A stretch of 63,785 nucleotides of DNA, the filler included, from Chiloscyllium plagiosum (taxonomy: Eukaryota): assembly GCF_004010195.1 (NCBI RefSeq). It is 4 parts of one record of this genome, joined end to end, with 100 filler letters (N's around TTAATTAATTAA, not from the genome) between each part and the next. Parts side by side here need not be neighbours in the genome. Positions count along the whole stretch, not along the records: positions 30,074 to 49,273 come from NC_057715.1; 3 more parts are not named here. One strand, given 5' to 3'. The notes beneath the pieces were generated by a model that searched no databases, was not told where the DNA came from, and worked only from the letters and a program-made list of their open reading frames with translations. Each line of letters opens with the position of its first letter. Positions within the stretch are counted from its first letter, which is position 1. Below, piece after piece: positions 37,252-49,373 of this stretch. The position numbers and the translations under genes were made by a program.

Positions 37252-38883
37252 GAGAAAGTGATGACTGCAGATGCTGGAGATCAGAGTCAAGAGTGTGGTG
37301 CTGGAAAAGCACAGCAGGTCAGGCAGCATCCGAAGAGCAGGAGAATTGACGTTTCAGGCATAAGGCCTTCATCAGGAATGAGGTTTGTGGGCTGGGAAGC
37401 TGAGAGATAAATGCAAGGGGGTGAGGTTGGGGGGAAGGAGCTGAGAATGCGATAGGTAAATGAGGGTGAGGGAGAAGGTGATACTTGGAGAGGAGGGTGG
37501 AGTGGATAGATAGGAAAGGTGATACACAGGTCAGGAGGGCGGTGCCAAGTTGGAGGCTTGGGACTGGGATAATGTGAGGAGAGGGGAAATGAGGAAACTG
37601 GTGAAATCCACATTGATCCCATGCGGTTGGAGGGTCCCAAGACGGAATATGAGGCATTCTTCCTCCGAGGAAACCTATGTATTGAGGTAAGTACATGAAC
37701 GTTTGTTTAACTTATGTTCTTTTATATCCGATACAGTGGAGAAAAAATGTTTGTGAGCGTGTGAATTCTTCTGAGGATGTAGAACAGCAGAGGTCCAATG
37801 CAGGTCTGGGAGAGAGTGGCCCTGAGCTGAGGCAGGACTGACTGCAGGTAGAGTAGATGGTGGCTGATAGCGTGGAGTGGAGGATCCAGACAGAGAATCA
37901 TTGTTGAAGGTTTCAGATTTGTACTGTGTATTGGGTATCCTGTTCAGGTCCAAATTGTGTTGGTCTGAATGTGGTCCGGAGACCATGTGGGATCAATCGG
38001 TTTCGTAGGCAGACACTCAGGAAGGAGATGTGGCTGTCGTAGCAAGTCTGCTTCAGGACACGGCTGAAAAGCCAAAAAGGTGACCTGGATGGTGGGGGTG
38101 GGGGGTGGTGCAGTGAGAGAGAGACTCACTGAGATCCTTGTAGAGAGAGGGGGGAGGCTGGTACAATTACAACATTTAAAAGTCATTTGAATGGGTATAT
38201 GAATAGGAAGGGTTTATAGGGATATGAGCCAAATGGGACCATATTAGGTGAGGAAATCTGGTCAGCATGGATGAGTTGGACTGAAGAGTCTGTTTCCGTG
38301 CTGTACATCTCTATGACTATGATTCTATGAGAGGAGGAGAAGAACTTCTTCAAAGGAGGCATCCTTAAAATAGGCTCACTGTAAGGTTAAAATCAACTGG
38401 GAGAAAGTGAGGACTGCAGATGCTGGAGATCAGAGTTGAGAGTGTGGTGCTGGAAAAGCACAGGAAGTCAGGCAGCATCAAGGAAATAGGAGGAAGAATG
38501 CCTCATATTCCACCTTGGGACCCAGCAACCACATGGGATCAATGTGCATTTCAACAGTTTCCTCATTTCCCTCCCCCCCCCCCCCCAGATATCCCAGTCC
38601 CAAGTCACCAACTTGGCACCATCCTCCTGCCCTGACAATCACCTTTCCCATCTATCCACTCCACCCTCCTCTCTAACATATCACCTTCTCCCTCACCTTC
38701 ATCTACCTACTGCTTTCTCAGGTACTTTCCCCCCAACCCCACCCCCTTCCATTTATCTCTCAGTTACCCTCCCAGCCCACAAACCTCATTTCTGATTAAG
38801 GGCCTTGTGCCTGAAATGTCGATTCTCCTGCACCTCAGATGCTGTCTGACCTGCTGTGCTTTTCCAGTACCACACTCTCGTTG
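37252..38883 (-). mobile_element. Internally deleted Penelope element with inverted pLTR
   Basis: 12-bp TSD tcttcttatgtg/tcttgttatgtg (37240-37251, 38884-38895); 3' pLTR 37252-37670; ORF N-terminus (HISFLSVCLRNRLIPHGL) in 37686-38150; partial upstream pLTR 38400-38480; inverted arm 38481-38883. Confidence 0.85.
38151..38329 (+). mobile_element. CR1/HER1 3' end inside the PLE
   Basis: ggaggctggtacaattacaacatttaaaag...ctatgactatgattctatga. Confidence 0.9.
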
Positions 38884-38967
38884 TCTTGTTATGTGCTCCT
38901 CCGTGGAGCATGGGGTTGGTGGGCAGGCACCAGTCGCCAGTGCTGCACTATTTCTGCTAGAATGTAG

Positions 38968-39288
38968 ATCATAGGATCCCTACTGTGTGGAAACAAACCT
39001 TTCAGCCCAACAAGTCCACCGATCCTCTGAAGAGTAACCCACCCAGTCACATTCTCCTACATTTAACCCCTAACTAATGCACCCAACCTACGCATCCCTG
39101 AACACTGTGAACAATTTAGCATGGCCAGTTAACCTAACCTGCACATCTTTAGACTGTGGGAGGAAACCGAAGCAAATCCATGCAGACATGGAGGCAATGT
39201 GCAAACTCCACACAGTCACCCGAGGCTGGAATTGAACTGGGTCCCTGGCGCTGTGAAGCTGCAGTGCTAACCACTGAGCCACCGTGCT
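38968..39288 (-). mobile_element. HE1-type SINE
   Basis: A/B boxes and HE1 body. Confidence 0.9.
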
Positions 39289-40964
39289 GTCATCTCCGTT
39301 CGGCACGATCTCACCTCCGCTGATACCCTCACCACTGTGAGTCCTTATTGGGCCTCGCCAGTGCAGATGCCACTAAAGCTGCCAGATATCTCATATCGAA
39401 CCTGACTCCACTCAGTCACAATTGTTCCACTTTGGGCCCACCTCGCTGATGAAACCGCCGCCACTAGGTTTTGTGTGGGCCCAAACATGCCTCCGCCAAT
39501 GCCTCTATGAATCTGTGCTGGATGCAGACACTGTTGGGAACCCAATTTCACTTCTGCTGCAGCAGCCATGAGTCGGTGCCAGGACCACCTGAACAATGCA
39601 CCCAAACTCTCTCGTGTCAATGCCACAACGCCCTGTCACAGGAGAGGCACAACATTAGCCTTCGTACTGGATTAGAAGCTGTGAAACAACCTGGGAAACA
39701 AGCTGAAAGAATGCATTGACCCGAAGTATCTAGGTAAAGACCTGAAGAGTTCTCACAGCCCCATGCCAACCATTGCAGTAATCCTGTCAGAATGTGCAAA
39801 AATGAAAAAAAAACAACTGAAGGTCTGTTTCTCCACTTGCTTTGTGTACATTTATGTGGAATGTATTTGTCATATTCATGATTCCTTGGCAATTTTCAAT
39901 CCTTAGTATTTTTATTTGAATGGGAATAGTGTGGAGATGATGAGTGGTGTTAGATTTCCCAATCTTTTATCAAATGACTAAATTCTTCCCATGTGAACTG
40001 ACCACTATTGTCAGCAATGTCATATGGCTGAAGTGTATTTAACAATCACAGCAGTGGTCATTGAAGTCAACAGGTCCATCTCCCAGTAATTAGGATAGTT
40101 GTCTGCTGTGACAAGATAATCAGTTCCTGCAAGTGTAAAGAAATTGGAAGAATCCAACAAATTACATCTGTTGGTCACTGCTTCACTGCTCCAGCTCTTA
40201 CCCTTTTGGGACCTGGACACTAAACATCTGCTGCCAGTATGTGGCCTGTGTACTTGACTTGAGGCATCTTTTAATTACAGATATTTTCTTGATCAATTTC
40301 ATGTTCACCTGCCAAGTTCTATCGAGCAGTTGCATTAGATTTTATTTTTCATCTGCAATGGCTTCTTCCATGTGGTCTTCACATCTTTAAAATTGCAGAT
40401 CATTCACTACAGGCTCCACCTCTGGAAGATCTGAAACTACTTCATGTTGACTACATTGATATTCTTCTGGTGCAGTGCAAAGGCAACATGGCACGCGCAA
40501 CTATTTGTATCTTCAAAATGTACTTAGAAAGCTACCACTTCCAACTACCTTCATTCCCTTACATCTAGTTTGGTGAATATTTTTTTTGTTTCTGCACATT
40601 CTGATAAGATTACTGCAATGGTTGGCATGAGGTTGCGAGAACTCTTCAGGACTTTACCTAGATACTTCAGGTCAATGCATTCTTTCAGCTTGGGGGGTTT
40701 TATAGGTTCCTTCACAGCTTCTAATCTATCCTTCAGGAGTTGTAACTTTCTTGCAGATTCCCTTCTTTCCCAGCTCTTCCATCTTGTCTTTCAGGCTGGC
40801 CTTGAGAGCAACTCGATATTTCCTTGGGAGAGGCTGGAATGGTTTTGCATTCACATCTACTTTGAGGTAATATTCTGCAGGCAAACCTCCTCACCCTGTG
40901 AATACATCTTTGTGCGCATCTAAGTTGTATCCTACAGTCAATGGTTTAGTATGTTGTGCCACAT

Positions 40965-41277
40965 TGCCTGCACGGTGGCTCAATGGTTAGCACTGCAGCC
41001 TCACAGCGCCAGGGCCCGGGTTCGATTCCAGCCTCACACAACTGTCTGTGTGGAGTTTGCACATTCTCCCTGTGTCTGCATGGGTTTCCTCTGGGTCTCT
41101 GGTTTCCTCCCACAGTCCAAAGATGTGCAGGTCAGGTAGATTGGCTATGCTAAATTGCCCATTGTGTTAGGTGCATTAGCCAGAGGGAAATGGGTCTGGG
41201 TGGGTTATTCTTCAGAGGGTCGGTGTGGACTGGTTGGGCCAAAGAACCTATTTCCACACTGTAGGGAATCTAATCTT
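40965..41277 (+). mobile_element. HE1-type SINE
   Basis: A/B boxes, body, aatctaatc tail. Confidence 0.95.
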
Positions 41278-41411
41278 TAGACATGTTCTGGCTGAGATAA
41301 GTGGAATTTGTTTGCCATAAATATTCGGGAACTTCAGACCACCATTTTGGTTATAATCTGTCTTCTCAGCATGACTATAGTGCCACCATGTAGTCTTTAC
41401 TTTTGATCGCT

Positions 41412-41692
41412 TCATAGAGTCATAGTCATACAGCATAGAAACAAACCTTTTGGTCCAACCAGGACATGCTGAGTATAACCCCAAGCTAAACTAGTCCCAC
41501 CTGCCTGTTCCTGGCCATATCCCTCCAAACCTTTCCTTATCCAAATGTCTTTTAAACATTGTAATTGAACTCACATTCAGCACTTCCTCAAGAAGGTCAT
41601 CCCACAGGCGAACTGTCCTTCATGTAAAAACATTTGCCCTTCATGTCTTTTTAAAATCTTTTGCCTCTCACCTTAAAAATGTGCCCACTAGT
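41412..41692 (-). mobile_element. CR1 3' fragment
   Basis: (ctatga) tail and CR1 3'UTR. Confidence 0.85.
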
Positions 41693-41773
41693 ATTTTGGG
41701 TCTCCACATTAAACTACTTTGCACAGGTCTATGATGGTCATGATGTTGCATGACGCATTAGTGAATGGCTATG

Positions 41774-42073
41774 ATTAGATCAGATTAGATTCCCTACAAT
41801 GTGGAAGCAGGCCTTTCGGCCCAACAAACCTCAGAAGAGTAACCTACCCAGACCCATCTCCCTCTGACTAACGCACTTAACACTACGGGCAATTTAGCGT
41901 GGCCAATTCACCTAACCTGCACATCTTTGGATTGTGGGAGGAAACCGGAGCACCCGGAGGAAACACATGCTGACACGGGGAGAATGCGCAAACTCCACAC
42001 AGCCAGTCGCCCCAAGGCTGGAATTGAACCTGGGACCTGGTGCTGTGAGGCAGCCGTGCTAACCACGGAGCAT
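41774..42073 (-). mobile_element. HE1-type SINE
   Basis: A/B boxes, body, tail. Confidence 0.95.
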
Positions 42074-43192
42074 GTAATATTTTATGTTGACCTGATTTTC
42101 TCTTTCTACAGTCTTCACTTCAACAATCGCGAAACATATGCCATCTATCGACTTGACTGAACCAACTTGTTCCATGGCGTTTTGTGATTTGTCAGCATCT
42201 TCAGCTGCTATCTCATAAGTGGCTATTGGCACCAGCTTATTGTGCTTTATTTTAGCTACACACCTACAAACAAAATGGTTCAACATATTTTCAGTGAGAA
42301 CACTGCTTTCGCATGCTGGACATACCCTCTTTTTTGCTTTATGTCTTCCAATGTGTTCACACCCTGCACTTTCTCTTTGATTGTTCTGCCTGGAGGGTCT
42401 GTCAACATTATACAAGACCTTGTCTGTTCTGCTATGAATATGCTCTGTCTTTTGACTCACAGTCTTGGCACTTCTGTGCTTTTAATTGGTCTCTTAAGTG
42501 TGACTTTATCTTCTCTCAGTAGGCATGCTTTCACTTTTCCATCCCTAATTCCAAATACACTCCTGCCTCTAATCAGTTCATCCACTAATTGCATGAATTC
42601 ACATGAATTCACAGGTTTCCAAAAGCTGATTAATGCTATATATTGATCAAAAGACTCTTTTTCACTTTTTTCCATTGTTAAATGTACCATTCATACGCAA
42701 TGTTCACTTGGGCTTCAAAGTGTACCTCCAATACTTTTAAAGTTTCTGACCTTGAGAGAGATTTCTGGTAAAATATATTTTGTAACAGTATCTTCCCAGC
42801 AATGAGAGAAGAGAAGCTACTGGTATTTGTTCTAGTTTGCTCAATAAATCTATTGCTATTGAATAACTCTGCAATTATTCATAGAAGAATCCCAGTTCTG
42901 CCTCATATCCCCATCCAAATGAACTGGAGTCGGGAGGGGAAAGGTTTCAGCTATTTTCTTTTAATTAGTGTTTTCACTGTAAGCATCATATTTTGTTTAC
43001 CAGTGGGAGTTTATATTTTGTTTTTCGCAGTTCTGTAGCTGTGCTTTGTTTGCTCATTTACCAGTGGACATTTACCACTTCTGACATCATCTTTTGTATG
43101 TAACTCACAGCAGTGTTTTCAACATGAGGACTTTACTGAAGTGAAGCTTAAGACAGAAATCCACAGAGTATTCTCTTTATGGTAAAAGTCAC

Positions 43193-43480
43193 CCAGTGTA
43201 GGGGAGTCCAAAACTAGAGGTCATAGGTTTAGAGTGAGAGGGGAAAGATTTAAAAGGAACCTAAAGTGTAACTTTTTCACGCAGATGGTGATGTATGTAC
43301 AGAATGAGTTGTCAGAAGAGGGGAGGAGGTGGGTACAGTAAAAACATTTAAAGGGCATCGGGATGGGTTCATGAATAGGGAGAGTTTAGAGAGATATGGG
43401 CCAAGTGCTGACAAATGGGAGTAGGTTAGTTTAAGATATCTGATCTGTTTCCGAGCTGTACATCTCTATGACTCTATAAC
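43193..43480 (+). mobile_element. CR1/HER1 3' fragment inside the Gypsy 5' LTR
   Basis: GESKTRGHRFRVRGERFK, NELSEE, ctctatgactctat tail. Confidence 0.9.
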
Positions 43481-43510
43481 ATGACAATAGCAGACCAGGA
43501 CACACATATA

Positions 43511-43840
43511 GAGAAAGTGAGGACTGCAGATGCTGGAGGTCAGAGTGAAAAAGTGTGGCATCGGGAAAGCACAGCCGGTCAGGCAGCATCCGAGGAGCAG
43601 GAGAATTGACATTTCGGGCATAAGCCCTTCATCAAGAATGGTGTCCCTATCTTAGAGATTCCATCTTCACTTTCAAGTGGATATAAAAGAACCAGAATAA
43701 TAATTTTGGAGAGTTTAATAGTTATTCTTCACTAATATTACAAAAAGAGGATGAAGAGCTTTTGCCCAAAATGTCAACTCTTCTGTTCCTCAGATGCTAC
43801 CTGACCTGCTGTGCTTTTCCAGTGACACTTTTTGTTGACT
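43511..43840. mobile_element. Hairpin Penelope insertion enclosing captured local DNA
   Basis: Minus arm 43511-43640, plus arm 43749-43840; centre 43645-43746 is an inverted copy of 44247-44348. Confidence 0.85.
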
Positions 43841-44129
43841 ACGGCAGATATATGCACAATCTGTTATATTGCTATTATTCCAAAAAGATTCAGGAACTGT
43901 ACAGTTCTATTCAGTTTTATATACAATTGTACTTTATATACATGTGTACATCATGTATATTCAGAATGCCACATCATTCACTACTGCACTACAGTCCACG
44001 TACCAAGCACACTGTACGTATTGGTTCAGAACACGTGTACAGCTGTGAGAAAATATACTTGACAAAAGTTCTAGGGGCTGTGCCACAAGAACCACAAGAC
44101 ATAACAGACACCATTATCGGATGTTGCAA

Positions 44130-44360
44130 AACACCTTGTAAAATTCACTTTGGAACAGCAGTCTTCGTTGTAGGAAACGTGAGAGCTAACCTGCACAGAG
44201 CAAAGGTTTAGAAACAAAAATATCACTAATGAACAGATAATTCACTTTTTTGTAATATTGATGAAGAGTAACTATTGAACTCTTCAAAATTATTATTCTG
44301 GTTCTTTTACATCTACTTGAAAATAAAGATGGAACCTCTAGAATAGGGCCTCCACCATTA
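44130..44360 (-). mobile_element. DeuSINE Deu-domain remnant
   Basis: Minus: caagtagatgtaaaagaacc...attatctgttcatta...tttgctctgtgcaggttagc...gtttcctacaac. Confidence 0.6.
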
Positions 44361-45965
44361 CTGCTTTAAAATACTATTCTATGAACTAAAGATTTCTCGA
44401 GGCACAGTTTATGGCAGTAGATTGTTCTGCAACACGGCAATATATTGAGGAAATTTGGTTTGTGTGTTTGAGGTATTTTTCACACCACTTATGTTTCAAA
44501 TTCACATAAAGTAGGATAAACTGAAATTGCTGTGAATGGACAGTATTTGTAGAAAATGCAACTGTTTCTGGTATCCATTCTTAAATTTCGTGCTAACTTC
44601 AGTGCCTATACAAATTTAAATACAGAAGACTAATAAAACTGAGAAATGCACTTTTCAGAATAGTAAATTATTGTAAACATTTATTTTTATAAATATTTTC
44701 AAAACTGCTTCACAGAATATTTCTAAATTTATTTAATAAAACAATTGCTTCCCAGCAGATTAGGAGAAGCCATTTACTGAGAAATAAGACATGCTATTCT
44801 GTAATTCAGATAGTATTGTATTTACATGTTTTTTTTACAATTTAGAATATTATTTGCGTGGCATAAATAAATAAATAGATAAAGGGTGTGATTAGAAATT
44901 AGATTTGACAATTTAAGAACATAAACTTTAATCATTTCTTTTTAAAATCATACCCTGTCCATAGTTGAATATGCTTCTCTAAAGCAACTTTTGCCAAATT
45001 ATTTCAATCCACTTTTACTGAAAGGTCTATTAATTTAATCAGTAAGTTTGATCTTCAGTATTTAAATTGAAATCTGATCTCCTATTGGCTCTCAGGTTAT
45101 CATCAGAGATTAAAAGATACATACCATTAGCACTTGCTTTTCCAGCAAGTTTAAGAGTTGGTCAATCACTTCCATTATTTTCTATCCTACTCCATGGTCT
45201 CAATAAAAATTGTACAAGCAAAATTGAAAGAAAATTGTGGTTTATAAATTGCTTGGATGAGATGTTAATTTCAGAAAGATACCAATTATTAACAACTTAG
45301 CTTATGAAGTAAGTTTGTTTTAAATTAGCTTGCATCCCCGCGAGTAAAGATGATTGAGGGCTGATCTAATCAAATGCATGAAAAATTAAAGTCATTCAAC
45401 AGGCTATATGGAGAGAAATTATTTTCTTTGATTAAGAAATCTGGAATATTAGACATAATCTTATAATTAAAAGTGGGCTATTTAGAATGATACCCAAGAA
45501 GTAATTTTTCACCATGATGTATACTGGAAATCTTGAATTTTGTCCACCAAGTTGCTGCGGACGTTGGGTCAAATTGAGCTTTTGATGGAATTTGATTTGG
45601 TACGAACATTAAGGGATAATTAGCTAAGCCGGGTAAATGGATTTGTGGTACAGATCAGCCATGATCAATTTAATTGTGACTTGCAAATGTAGCACTATAA
45701 AATGTTCTTCAACATCTAATATCCTTTATTTGTGATTGATTGGTTTATTCATGCTTTATGTGTGAATTTCAGAGTTACAAATTTCAGTCACTCATTAGAA
45801 AATAAGCTTGTTTAATGATACTGCTTCACTTTATAATAAGTCTTTATAATAAAAAGAATGCCAGTGAAGAACACTGTTTTCACAAGAAAAGGGGGTATTA
45901 ATTGTCATCAAAATTCAGCGTCTTTCCCCATAATGGCAAACGGTTGTGAAAAGTTCCATACAGTT

Positions 45966-46203
45966 TTAGATTAGATTACCCGCAGCATGGAAATAGGCCC
46001 TTTGGCCCAGCAAGTCCACATCCAGACCCATTCCTCTACCCTATATTCACCCCTGACACTATGGGCAATTTAGCATGGCCAATTCACCTGACCTGCACAT
46101 CTTTGGACTGTGGGAGGAAACCCACACAGACAGCTGCCCAAGGCTGGAATCAAACCTGGGATCATGGTGCTGTGAGGCAATAGTGCTAACCACTGAGCTA
46201 CTG
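45966..46203 (-). mobile_element. HE1-type SINE (internally deleted)
   Basis: Head and tail present. Confidence 0.9.
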
Positions 46204-48205
46204 TTTGTACAATGGAACTCAACAGGAAATATAACTTAGGAAATACTAGGAACTTAAAGTGATCTAATTGATAAGGAAATATATACAAATCATAAATCCC
46301 AAGAGATAAGTTAAAAGCCCTTTAATTAATTTATTAAGATCAGTGACTAAATATATTCACTTTTTGATTATGATGGAGAACAGAAGATTAATGTGAGATG
46401 AGTGTTTCAATAAATTCAGCTACAGGAAATTTCTGAAATTCTATCTGGAACAGTGAAATGTTCTGGTGCTTTATCATTAGCATTCGCTTCATGCATCGTT
46501 TTTTCCCTGTCTGCAAGTGTCAGCTCAATTTCCCTCTGTTCACCATGGCAACAAGAGGAGCTATAACAGAGAAAGGAGGCAGGTCTCAGGCTGAAGGAGA
46601 GAGAGCATCTGAATAATCACTTCAGTACGAAAGACTGGTTCAATTTCCATATAATTTGAGCAATTTAGGGGAAGCCCAATGTATTTCAGATAAATTTGCC
46701 AGGAGAATAATAAGTGAATCTCATGAGAAAGATAAAACAAATGCGTTTTTTTTCTGAAAGCGCTGTAATCATTCAGAACTGATCAGATTTGTGTAGCTAT
46801 CAGATATGAGAAATAGTCAGCACTAGTTACTGCAAGCTGAGACCTGTGATCTTAAAAGAAATATAACACATTCTTATATTGCAACATAGCACACTGTTTA
46901 AAGTCAGCCTGAGGATTGAATGTATTCATCTTCCTTATGAGGTGCAATGCAAATTTAAGAATGGTAATATCTCAGCCCAGTATTCACTGATGGTTAAACT
47001 TCTCAGACCTCACAGACTAATTACAGTGTGAAACTCATGTTGATGAGAGAATTAGCTAACTTTCATAAGTGTACGTGGGAATCCATGAGATTATCTTAAA
47101 AATATGGCACAGAAGCAGACCAAACCCTGCTGGTGTTAATGTTCATTTCCAGCCTCTTTCTCTCCCTCCTCAATCTATGATCAAAACCCTCTAATCTCTT
47201 CGTCAGAAGCCAACAGAATTTCTCTGCATCCTCTCTATCTAAATCGTTCATAATCTTAATGAACTCTATTAAGTCACAATCCAACTGTTTTTTTCAAAAG
47301 AGAGAGAATTTATCTCTTCATCAATGTATTCCCACACACTGCAGGTATCCTTCTTGTAAAGTTCCTCTGGACCTTCTCCATTGCTTCTCGACCTTTCTTT
47401 TATATGATCTTCCACCAGGACAAGAGTTTTGCCTCCAGCATGTGGCTATTCTTATGTTCTGTCACCTTTCACACCCTGACACAAAAGATGAGCAAGTGGA
47501 TTTGTTGAACATAGAGTGCATCACAGTAAGACAGAGCGGTCAGGAGGAAACAACCGAAAAAATCCATTCCTTTGTGAAGCAGAGGGAGGGATTATTTTTG
47601 CGATAACCAACAAGCAGGACACTCATAAGAATGCACTTACTGCTTGAAGATGTGGGACATGTGATGATTTCAAGACACAGAAGTTGCCAGGAAGTCTCTA
47701 GCCACTCTGAGTCAATTTGATTCTACAGAGGAGACCCATTGCAAGGACTTTTTAAAGGACATTGGAAGATATCTCCTGTTGGGTCAGAGAGAAGAGAGCC
47801 TTTTGAATTGTGAAAAAGAGTTAGAATTTTATCAGAAGATACATATGTGCTGAGACTGTGACTTTAAGTATAAATGTGTTGTGAGTATTTTGTTGTGTCA
47901 ATTAGTTAGTGAGGATAATATTTTTTCTGTAAGTTAGCATGTTAGTTGTCTTCTAAACATAATTATGTTGATTCATTTTTGATTGTTGTAAGAATTTTGT
48001 AATTTGTCGTGTGATGCGTTGGGGCAGTCCCAAGGTCATTAATATCTCTTTTTAAAAGTTGTCAGTTCCTGATTGAAACAGAGGGAATACCCAGTGGGAG
48101 GTGATGCTGTTTCCCTTAAGGCTGGGTAGTCAATACACAAATGGACAGTGCAGTGGAGACAGTAAGCAACAAAACTTATATACAGGTCAAGGATACCACC
48201 GTGTG

Positions 48206-48513
48206 GGTGGCATGGTGGCACAGTGGTTAGCACTGCTGCCTCACAGCGCCAGAGACCAGGGTTCAATTCCCGCCTCAGGCGACTGACTGTGTGGAGTTTG
48301 CACGTTGTCTGCGTGGATTTCTTCCGGGTGCTCCGGTTTCCTCCCACAGTCCAAAGATGTGCAGGTCAGGTGAATTGGCCATGCGAAATTGCCCGTAGTG
48401 TTAGGTAAGGGGTAAATGTAGGAGTATGGGTGGGTTGTGCTTCGGCGGGTCGGTGTGGACTTGTTGGGCCGAAGGGCCTGTTTCCACACTGTAAGTAATC
48501 TAATCTAATCTAA
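48206..48513 (+). mobile_element. HE1-type SINE (young)
   Basis: CpG-rich, (taatc)n tail. Confidence 0.95.
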
Positions 48514-48825
48514 TAACAAGGCTGAATACAAAGAACAAAATGAGAGATTTGGTGGTCTCTGTATCTTCCTTAGTTTAAGGCTGTGATCAAATTGAGAGCA
48601 ACACAATTTATTGTAGTCCCACATAGCTCTCTTTGTGAATTAGGATGGAGGACACAAAGTAAAGTTATTTAAATATTTTTCAGATGACAGGCAATGCAGT
48701 TACTTTCAGAATATTACATTTCCACAATATTCACCTTCCAAATTCCAATATGTGACATACATACTCCTGAATGAGCACCAAGGGGTTCCGGATGGAAGGT
48801 TTTTTTCTGCACTGATGTTGTAAAA

Positions 48826-49120
48826 TATTGAATTTGGTTTATTGCCAGATGTACTCAAGTAACAAAAGAAGAGGACTACATTGAAAGGTGTACAATGTCA
48901 TAAACACATGGTGCCATCTTAGATACAAATCTTAGATACAAGAAGTAGAGAAAATAAAGAAAAATGTTACACTAGGTTACAACTATATGTAGTATAATTG
49001 TAAGTTAGGAAATAAAGCAAAAAAGATTGGCACTACAGTGTTTGTAAAGCGCTTCCACATGGTCTGACTAGGCACCACCTAGATCTCAACCAGTATCCAT
49101 GTTTGTTCTGGGACTGACCT
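48826..49120 (-). mobile_element. Non-coding retroposon with Rex1-like tail
   Basis: Minus: tgtatctaagatggcacc...gagtacatctggcaataaaccaaattc. Confidence 0.55.
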
Positions 49121-49273
49121 CACTCTGCTCTGGGCCCACGGCCCATCCCCACTACACACTATCCCACTGCCCATCTCCACCCCACTCCATCCCACTGCAC
49201 ATCCCCACTCTGCTCCAACCCACTGCCCATCCCCACTCTGCTCCAACCCACTGCCCATCCCCACTCTGCTCCA
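49121..49273 (+). repeat. C-rich minisatellite, ~28-30-bp unit (cccactgcccatccccactctgctccaa)
   Basis: About 5 diverged units running into a gap. Confidence 0.85.
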
Positions 49274-49373
49274 NNNNNNNNNNNNNNNNNNNNNNNNNNN
49301 NNNNNNNNNNNNNNNNNTTAATTAATTAANNNNNNNNNNNNNNNNNNNNNNNNNNNNNNNNNNNNNNNNNNNN

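Larger units (their letters stand above)
37059..39665 (-). mobile_element. Non-coding retroposon with Rex1-like tail (interrupted by a PLE and a SINE)
   Basis: Minus-strand tail acaatactttgcactg...atgtgaccatcaat(aaatc)n matches the Rex1 tail at 1240-1303; GC-rich upstream part 38896-38967 and 39290-39665. Confidence 0.6.
35985..43870 (-). mobile_element. Old Ty3/Gypsy provirus fragmented by nested insertions
   Basis: PBS TGATGTCAGAAGTGG (tRNA-Leu-like) 43075-43089; gag ESFDQYI...DELIRGR..FGIRDGKVKACLLRE; RT CID.K.L...MPTI; IN FTLAGTDYLVTADNYPNYWE; related LTR-like segments at ~35985-36137 and ~43090 onward; PPT-like aaagggcaga ~36138-36147. Confidence 0.75.

Noticed and set aside
47405..48610. 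Possible solo LTR of another family
   Set aside because: Only compositional resemblance; no clear termini or TSD found
49121..49273. CRISPR-like or other spaced repeat array
   Set aside because: Simple tandem minisatellite without unique spacers, in a vertebrate context
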